Shown here in pieces: positions 30,287 through 36,033 of a stretch of 49,386 nt of DNA (positions are counted from its first letter, which is position 1; each line of letters begins with the position of its first letter). Below the pieces are notes generated by a model that was given only the letters and a program-made list of their open reading frames with translations, was not told the origin of the DNA and searched no databases. Position numbers and translations under genes: made by a program. The stretch is taken from the sequence record SRR31156797_898; one strand, 5' to 3'.

Positions 30287-30357
30287 ACTATAACCCACAG
30301 GTAATATAAAATTCAATACCCACAGGGAATTTACCTACAGGTTAATAGTGATAAAAT
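30287..30357. promoter_or_regulatory. OR region: three 16-bp operators, PR (minus) and PRM (plus)
   Basis: ATAACCCACAGGTAAT 30290-30305, AATACCCACAGGGAAT 30315-30330, TTTACCTACAGGTTAA 30330-30345; PR TTGAAT-N18-TATAGT; PRM extended -10 TGaTAAAAT. Confidence 0.85.
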
Positions 30358-30363
30358 CTTTGT

Positions 30364-31044
30364 ATGGATATTTATGAAATTAGGCGTCAGCGCCTACTTA
30401 AGCTGAAAGACGAAAGGTGTAACGGTAAGATTGTTACGCTTGCAGAGAAAATCGACACATCTCAATCTTACGTGTCGAGGATGCTTTATTCCCCAGACAA
30501 AGTAGGAAAGAAAAATATATCTGATGTAATGGTTCAAAAAATTACTGATGCTTTTGGGCTAAACAAAGGCTGGCTAGATGGGATTGACCATGATGAAGGA
30601 TTGAATAACGTAACTAGGTTAGATATCCAGCCATCATACAAAGATAAATACCCAATTCTAGGGAAAGTATCAGCCGGTAGGTTCAAGGACGCAGTGCAAA
30701 CATTTGACTTAGAGTATGAGCAGAGCACCGTTAAATGCAGTAATGATTCATTCTGGCTTGTTGTAGACGGGCATTCAATGACAGCACCTCAAGGATCTGG
30801 AATCTCATTTTTAGAGGGTATGCTGATACTGGTTGATCCAGAACGCGAATACTGTCATGGAAATTTTGTCGTTGCTTACTGTGAAGATAAACATATGGCG
30901 ACATTTAAAAAAATCAGCATTGAACCGGAAGGAGTATTTTTGGTTCCTCTTAATCCAGATCCGACTTATAGACGCATAAACATGGCTGACGAGTACTGTG
31001 AGGTTGCAGGAGTAGTTGTCGATGCCAGGTGGAAGATGTTTTAA
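30364..31044 (+). CDS. cI: CI repressor (HTH + S24 peptidase)
   Basis: N-terminal HTH; VSAG cleavage site, VDGHSM Ser motif, ATFKK Lys motif. Confidence 0.95.
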   Translation: MDIYEIRRQRLLKLKDERCNGKIVTLAEKIDTSQSYVSRMLYSPDKVGKKNISDVMVQKITDAFGLNKGWLDGIDHDEGLNNVTRLDIQPSYKDKYPILGKVSAGRFKDAVQTFDLEYEQSTVKCSNDSFWLVVDGHSMTAPQGSGISFLEGMLILVDPEREYCHGNFVVAYCEDKHMATFKKISIEPEGVFLVPLNPDPTYRRINMADEYCEVAGVVVDARWKMF

Positions 31045-31047
31045 CTA

Positions 31048-31389
31048 ATGGGATGGAACTACGTGAAAATAAAGATGATTATTAGCGCTACATTACTTGT
31101 CTTTTCTGGTGAATTATTAGCTTCAGAGTCAGGTAATGATGACTACTGCTTTATGATCAATGATATGGCTGGTAAGATGATGGAGGCTAGGCAACTTGGC
31201 ATTCCATTAGCAGAAATGAAAAAGCCTTTAAATGCATTGAAAGGTGCAGAAAAAGATTTGTTTACTGATATTCTAATTTCTGCTTATGAAAAACCAAGAT
31301 TCAACGGTGAAGAGATAAGAAAAAGATACATAACAGAGCATCAAAACGATTGGTATATGAATTGTATAAAAGTTTACCAAAGTAAATGA
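31048..31389 (+). CDS. Putative exported protein co-transcribed with cI
   Basis: Signal-peptide-like N-terminus (..ISATLLVFSGELLA-S); two Cys; start uncertain. Confidence 0.7.
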   Translation: MGWNYVKIKMIISATLLVFSGELLASESGNDDYCFMINDMAGKMMEARQLGIPLAEMKKPLNALKGAEKDLFTDILISAYEKPRFNGEEIRKRYITEHQNDWYMNCIKVYQSK

Positions 31390-31425
31390 TGAAACTTATC
31401 TGTGACCTAATCATTGCGATATAAT

Positions 31426-31447
31426 AAGCCTCCCGAAGGAGGCTTTC
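31426..31447. terminator. Bidirectional terminator
   Basis: aagcctcc cgaa ggaggctt between convergent genes. Confidence 0.8.
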
Positions 31448-31450
31448 GAT

Positions 31451-32149
31451 TTATGCAACAGTAGCTTTAAGAATCCCGAAATCAATTAGCTTTTTCGTCA
31501 ACCACTGCTCACCCTTACCCGTAATTAGCGGCGTGTGGGAAATTCTTGTTTCCCCATTGGCTTCATAGCTCCCCTGTCTCACTTGGAAGTATCCGCGCTC
31601 AATAAACTCTTGGAATGGTAGGTTGTGACGCTCACCGCCAGCCATTAAGATCTTTATTTCTCTAAGTATCGAAAATATCTTGCGAGGTCCAAGACCTACA
31701 GATTTAGCAAAGTTCCCTAACTGAACGCCCTTATCTGCTGATGCTATGCGATCAGCAAATTCAGCCTTAGGTGCAGCTATGGCAAGTTGTCTTTGGGTTT
31801 CTTCGTTCTGTTTCGCAAGCTCAGCGGCAAGCAGTAAAGCTTCTGGAAGTGTTTGAGGGATTTTGAATTGATTGGCTTCTTCAAGTTCTTGCCATCGGTC
31901 TACGAGACGAGCCGTAAATTCTGGTGATAGTTGAGCAACAACAACGTAACTATCTCGCTTAGTAACATGGTAGATGGTTATTGGCTTTCCGCCTCCGGCG
32001 GTCGGTTCCACCGTTGGTGTAATCGAAATAACTAGGCTCGATGCCATTCTCTCCATTGATCGCTTAACGCTGTCATGACGAGAGTTGGTAAGCTCCGCAA
32101 TCTCGCGGCTGCTCATGGTTAGATTTTGGTCGTGTTTAATCATATTCAT
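31451..32149 (-). CDS. Antirepressor (Rha N-terminal + KilA-C/ANT C-terminal)
   Basis: LTMSSREIAELT, PEFTARLVDRWQELE, IPQTLPEALLLAA, APKAEFAD, ITGKGEQWL. Confidence 0.92.
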   Translation of the reverse strand: MNMIKHDQNLTMSSREIAELTNSRHDSVKRSMERMASSLVISITPTVEPTAGGGKPITIYHVTKRDSYVVVAQLSPEFTARLVDRWQELEEANQFKIPQTLPEALLLAAELAKQNEETQRQLAIAAPKAEFADRIASADKGVQLGNFAKSVGLGPRKIFSILREIKILMAGGERHNLPFQEFIERGYFQVRQGSYEANGETRISHTPLITGKGEQWLTKKLIDFGILKATVA

Positions 32150-32241
32150 GATTGTTTCCTTCTATGAAATATTAAAGAACGGTGCCCCTAACGCTTTTGG
32201 TCGGTATTACGCTTTGAAAGCGATCGATAAGGACAGGATCA

Positions 32242-32274
32242 ATATTAATTTCATAACACTGGTTATTCAACCAG
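32242..32274 (-). promoter_or_regulatory. Antirepressor promoter overlapped by a LexA box
   Basis: CTGGTTATTCAACCAG (CTG-N10-CAG) at 32259-32274 over minus-strand TTGAAT-N17-TAATAT. Confidence 0.7.
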
Positions 32275-32297
32275 TTTAGCGATCATTTATTAACCAC

Positions 32298-32420
32298 CAG
32301 AAACCAAAAAGCCCGCATAAGCGGGCTAATCGGGTGACGAACCGACCAAGGCAACGTCACGAAGGTAACAACCAATGAATATCATTCATTAGCTTGTGGG
32401 CCACGACCAAGCAACCCACG
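32298..32420 (-). ncRNA. Candidate sRNA-1 (three UUGGUYG motifs plus terminator)
   Basis: Hairpins with motif-bearing loops; minus-strand terminator agcccgc-ttat-gcgggct-tttt; -10-like TACTAT upstream; paralog at 34642-34790. Confidence 0.6.
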
Positions 32421-32479
32421 CAGGTATAGTAACTCAATGAATATCTTCGTTCCACAAATCCAATAATTTTTATGATACC

Positions 32480-32503
32480 TACCGTCCTAGTGGCGGTTTT
32501 TTA
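32480..32503 (+). terminator. Intrinsic terminator upstream of pL
   Basis: accgtc ctagt ggcggt followed by a T-tract. Confidence 0.7.
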
Positions 32504-32542
32504 TGCCTGAAAATTAACCCAGTAAATTTAAAATAAAAAAAT

Positions 32543-32586
32543 ATTACCTTGAGGTATTGACATAAAATATAACCCGCAGGTAATAT
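32543..32586 (+). promoter_or_regulatory. pL promoter with two OL operators
   Basis: TTGACA 32557-62, N18, TAATAT; operators ATTACCTTGAGGTATT 32543-58 and ATAACCCGCAGGTAAT 32569-84 match the OR sites. Confidence 0.85.
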
Positions 32587-32608
32587 CAACCACATCAACA
32601 CGAAACAC

Positions 32609-32621
32609 CGCTCTTTAACAA
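32609..32621 (+). promoter_or_regulatory. boxA antitermination site
   Basis: CGCTCTTTAACAA, the lambdoid/rrn boxA consensus, shortly after the pL start. Confidence 0.85.
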
Positions 32622-32639
32622 CTTGCACCATGAACGATT

Positions 32640-33717
32640 ACCAGTAGTTCGGAATTGCCGAACAACTGGAGGTCACTCCGAGTAACCCAGTGACGGAGGA
32701 CAGAAATTCACTGAAATAGACCTTATTCACCGCTACGGCGACCGGATGTAATGACCTATAGATAATGGGATTTGCACTTGCTGGATGGCTTAACCGAGAG
32801 GATGACCCGATAAGTGAATAAGCCCCGCCAGTCTCGGCGGTGAGGTAGAGACAAAATAGGCTTTGGAAACAGAGCCGATTTGAAAGTGGTCTGTAGTTCA
32901 CTGGTAGAACGACGTTAGCCACGTTGCCAAAGAACGCATGACGGTAGCACCTGAAATGTAATCTTTGGGGGTATGCATGCCTATGATGGTTCAAATCCAT
33001 TCAGACCACTTTCAAATAATCCGAGTTTTCTTGCTGTGATAAGCAGATAGAAAACAAATCTGACTCCGATAATTCGGGTGTGAAGCCAACACATAAAAAT
33101 ACAAAACCTTACTCAGTTGGGAGTAAGCCCAGTAATCACATATAGGTGAAGTGCATTGGCAGTGCGCTGAAAAAGAGCTGGCATCCCGAACAAAGGACGA
33201 AATGTCTCGGATTATTACTAAAGGTGTTTCGGTGAGTGGTTGGAAAATTCCATTAACTGTATAAGTTTTGAAAATTTCAAATAGTCAACCACTCAGCCGA
33301 AGCATCTTGGACATGCTGATATCCATAGACGGTATACGGTGTAGCCATCGGTAATCCGCGCCAGTTCACCACTGCACTGGAAGCTGTAAGCTTAGGTCGT
33401 GAATTAAACCTAAGACGTAGACGAGCAGTAATAATGCTACGGAATGAGCGAGGGATCCTTAACTTCGTGATCATTATGGCGGCGGGAAAGACCGCGAGAT
33501 AATGGGACTTCATCGCCGAAACTCTAAATGAGCATGATGGACGTGTGATTCGAAGCCAGCAACGAGAAGGGCTTGGTCTAAATTGTACAACCCGTGATGG
33601 GGAATGAATCAATCTGACACCTCGGAAAGACGGGGGATTTTGTTTAGTGGTTTTGGACGCGTCGATCAGCAGGGAAACCGTAAGGCTAGGAGCCATCTTT
33701 AAACCACTAAACAAAAT
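32640..33717 (+). ncRNA. Array of structured non-coding RNA modules
   Basis: No plus-strand ORF in the track; consecutive modules closed by 9-22 bp stems. Confidence 0.65.
32878..33017 (+). ncRNA. Giant tRNA-like RNA
   Basis: 16-bp closing stem, D-arm gttc-actggta-gaac, T-arm gatgg-ttcaaat-ccatt, ~75-nt central insert, no encoded CCA tail. Confidence 0.65.
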
Positions 33718-33719
33718 AT

Positions 33720-33791
33720 GCTTCGTTAGCTCAGTGGTAGAGCGGACGGCTTTTAACCGTTAGGTCGCAGGTTCAAATCCTGCACGAAGCT
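33720..33791 (+). tRNA. tRNA-Lys(UUU), variant
   Basis: Full cloverleaf gcttcgt/acgaagc; anticodon arm gacgg-CTTTTAA-ccgtt; T-arm gcagg-ttcaaat-cctgc; 3' TTCA rather than ACCA. Confidence 0.88.
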
Positions 33792-33798
33792 TCAGTTT

Positions 33799-33883
33799 GC
33801 CCCGTATGCCAACACTAGCCTTCTAAGCTAGTACGTAAAAAGTTGGAAGGACGTGAGAGGTTCGATTCCTCTACGGGGTGCCA
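33799..33883 (+). tRNA. Non-canonical tRNA-Arg(UCU)-like RNA lacking a D-arm
   Basis: Acceptor gccccgt/acggggt plus GCCA; T-arm agagg-ttcgatt-cctct; anticodon arm actagc-CTTCTAA-gctagt. Confidence 0.7.
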
Positions 33884-33909
33884 GTTAAACAGCAATTAAG
33901 GATTTAGTC

Positions 33910-34380
33910 ATGGAGATTGATTGGAAGTATTTCAGCCAAACTAATGGCTACAAATCTTTGAAATCTGCTTATATGCGCGATGTTAAAAAAGCTGGCAACG
34001 AAAAGCGTCCAATGCGCAACAAGGATGAATTTTACAAGCGCTTTCAATGGGTAATTAGTCGCTGCATCCATTATGCACATGCACTGAATAAGAAACCTTG
34101 GGAAGTTTTGGATGATTGGGAATCTAAGCGTGATTATTGGTGGTTTAGTTTCTACCAAGATTCAAATCAACGGAAGATTCGAACGGAATCTATATCTCGC
34201 AAACCAATGCATATCAGAGGCATTAAGAAGTATTACAAAAGTGGTCACTTTCCTGATTCAAACACAAGAGTAAACAAAAGAATTGGCGATCACCTTAGAA
34301 GTAAGCGAACTAAAAAGCCTCGTTGGACACCAGAACGCAAAGCTAGACGAGATAAAGCAGCTAAATACAAGAATCTGTAA
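33910..34380 (+). CDS. Basic hypothetical protein
   Basis: 156-aa Lys/Arg/aromatic-rich ORF with AAGGA SD; first protein gene of the pL operon. Confidence 0.75.
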   Translation: MEIDWKYFSQTNGYKSLKSAYMRDVKKAGNEKRPMRNKDEFYKRFQWVISRCIHYAHALNKKPWEVLDDWESKRDYWWFSFYQDSNQRKIRTESISRKPMHIRGIKKYYKSGHFPDSNTRVNKRIGDHLRSKRTKKPRWTPERKARRDKAAKYKNL

Positions 34381-34600
34381 GTTAGAACCTCGAAGGGAAA
34401 GCGCTCATTTGGACGAACAGGTAGAGCTAAGTAATCCTGTTGTGAGCAAGTACCAGATTGGCTGGGGAAAAGCATCTGAACTCTAATAATGATGTGTAAT
34501 ATCCGCCTTGTGTAGACAGAGTAAACCGATACCAGAACACGCCCTCTCTGCTAACGAGATGTCTGTTGTTCTAACACGGCGCTGGTATCAAACCAATTTT

Positions 34601-34631
34601 AATAAACCCACCTCTGAGTGGGTTTTATTTT
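34601..34631 (+). terminator. Intrinsic terminator
   Basis: aaacccac ctctga gtgggttt followed by tatttt. Confidence 0.7.
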
Positions 34632-34641
34632 CAAAAGGCTA

Positions 34642-34790
34642 CAGAAACCAAAAACCCCGCATAAGCGGGGCAATCAGGGAGCGGGTAACGACCAAGAAAC
34701 ACGCTCCATGCTGCTTTCGCAGCGAGGTAACGACCAATGAACACTCACGTTCACCAGCCAGCAAGCCGCGACCAAGCGGCTTACTCATCG
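34642..34790 (-). ncRNA. Candidate sRNA-2 (three UUGGUCG motifs plus terminator)
   Basis: Same architecture and near-identical terminator tail as 32298-32420. Confidence 0.6.
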
Positions 34791-34808
34791 AAAGGATACA
34801 GTAAATGA
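34737..34808 (+). CDS. 23-aa leader ORF coupled to the next gene
   Basis: GAGGTAACGACCA-ATG start; MNTHVHQPASRDQAAYSSKGYSK*; stop overlaps ATG 34805. Confidence 0.45.
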   Translation: MNTHVHQPASRDQAAYSSKGYSK

Positions 34809-35191
34809 ATATTCTTAGTCTAGTTCCAGAAAATGAAGAATCCGCGCTTAACGCTTATATCGACAAAGGAATTGTCCGCATTAAGTCAAACCGAGAGTCT
34901 TGCGGTCTCACTATCACCAGCTTTGTGGACTGGATGTTTGAGCAGGATTTACCTCGTCGTATGGTTGTTGGCCTTGTTCGTGAAGTAATGGCAACACAGT
35001 TTGATCCTCAAATGAGTAGCCACAAACTTATTCCCCTTGAGAACTTCCAAGACAATTTTGGCGATCTTCTAAATCAGTTCATCGAAGAAAACAAAGTAAA
35101 AATAAAAGATGGATATGCAGCCGAAAAGAAGCAGCAATTCGAAAACGACCTAATCACTCAATTTGAGCAAATCCAACTATCAAATTACTGA
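34805..35191 (+). CDS. Hypothetical protein
   Basis: 128-aa ORF with AAGGA SD, upstream of bet. Confidence 0.7.
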   Translation: MNILSLVPENEESALNAYIDKGIVRIKSNRESCGLTITSFVDWMFEQDLPRRMVVGLVREVMATQFDPQMSSHKLIPLENFQDNFGDLLNQFIEENKVKIKDGYAAEKKQQFENDLITQFEQIQLSNY

Positions 35192-35202
35192 GGTAACGAC
35201 CA

Positions 35203-36033
35203 ATGAGTAACATTACATCATTCGAGGAGCGCCACCCCGCTGTATCAAAACGAGGGATTGATGAATCAACGTGGTCAGCGCTGAAGAATAGCGTTTATCC
35301 GGGCGCTAAAGAAGAATCCATCTTAATGGTTATCGACTACTGCCGCGCTCGTAACTTTGACCCTCTTCTAAAGCCTGTCCATATCGTTCCTATGAATGTT
35401 AAGAACTCGCAGACCAACAACAATGAATGGCGTGATGTTGTTATGCCTGGCATTGGTATGTACCGAATTCAAGCAGATAGAAGTGGTACATATGCAGGTT
35501 CAACAGAACCAGAATTTGGTCCACTTGTTTCTATGGATTTTAGGGGCGAAGGAAACCAAGTAGAAACCATCAATTTCCCTGAGTGGTGCAAAATCACTGT
35601 TTACAAAGTCGTTAACGGCAACCCAGTTGCTTTTTCTGCTAAGGAAATGTGGCTGGAAAACTACGCAACAGCTGGGCGAAACACTCAAATCCCAAATGCC
35701 ATGTGGAAAAAGCGGCAATATGCACAGCTGGCTAAATGTACCGAAGCACAAGCACTACGTAAGGCATGGCCTGAAATTGGTCAGCAAGCTACTGCTGAAG
35801 AAATGGAAGGGAAAGATTTGATCATTGAGCATGATGTATCACCAACCAAGTCTCTTCCAAATCAAGCAACTAACTACTTACAAGCTGACTTTGATAAGAA
35901 TTTCGATAAGTGGAAAGAGCTTATCGAGTCAGGTCGTAACACACCAGAACGCATCATTTCTATGGCTGAATCAAAAGGCAAGATGACAGACGAAATGAAA
36001 GCAAAAATTAAGAAGATTAATCAGGAGCAATGA
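35203..36033 (+). CDS. bet: Single-strand annealing recombinase (Bet/RecT family)
   Basis: DYCRARNFDPLLKPVHIVPM, YRIQADRSG, QLAKCTEAQALRKAWP. Confidence 0.92.
   Translation: MSNITSFEERHPAVSKRGIDESTWSALKNSVYPGAKEESILMVIDYCRARNFDPLLKPVHIVPMNVKNSQTNNNEWRDVVMPGIGMYRIQADRSGTYAGSTEPEFGPLVSMDFRGEGNQVETINFPEWCKITVYKVVNGNPVAFSAKEMWLENYATAGRNTQIPNAMWKKRQYAQLAKCTEAQALRKAWPEIGQQATAEEMEGKDLIIEHDVSPTKSLPNQATNYLQADFDKNFDKWKELIESGRNTPERIISMAESKGKMTDEMKAKIKKINQEQ

Noticed and set aside
32207-32254. 15-aa hydrophobic ORF MKLILILSLSIAFKA upstream of the antirepressor
   Set aside because: Its ATG lies inside the predicted promoter spacer and lacks an SD
32638-33000. 120-aa minus-strand ORF
   Set aside because: Antisense to the pL transcript and the tRNA-like element; no SD and atypical composition; likely shadow ORF
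33160-33205. Possible hammerhead ribozyme (..GGACGAAA..)
   Set aside because: The required CUGANGA core is absent; I found no CTGANGA in the plus strand of the array
33277-33714. 145-aa minus-strand ORF
   Set aside because: TTG start inside a 17-bp stem; Arg/Ser-rich shadow-like sequence antisense to structured RNA
34508-34804. 98-aa plus-strand ORF
   Set aside because: TTG start, crosses a terminator and the sRNA-2 hairpins; better explained as non-coding
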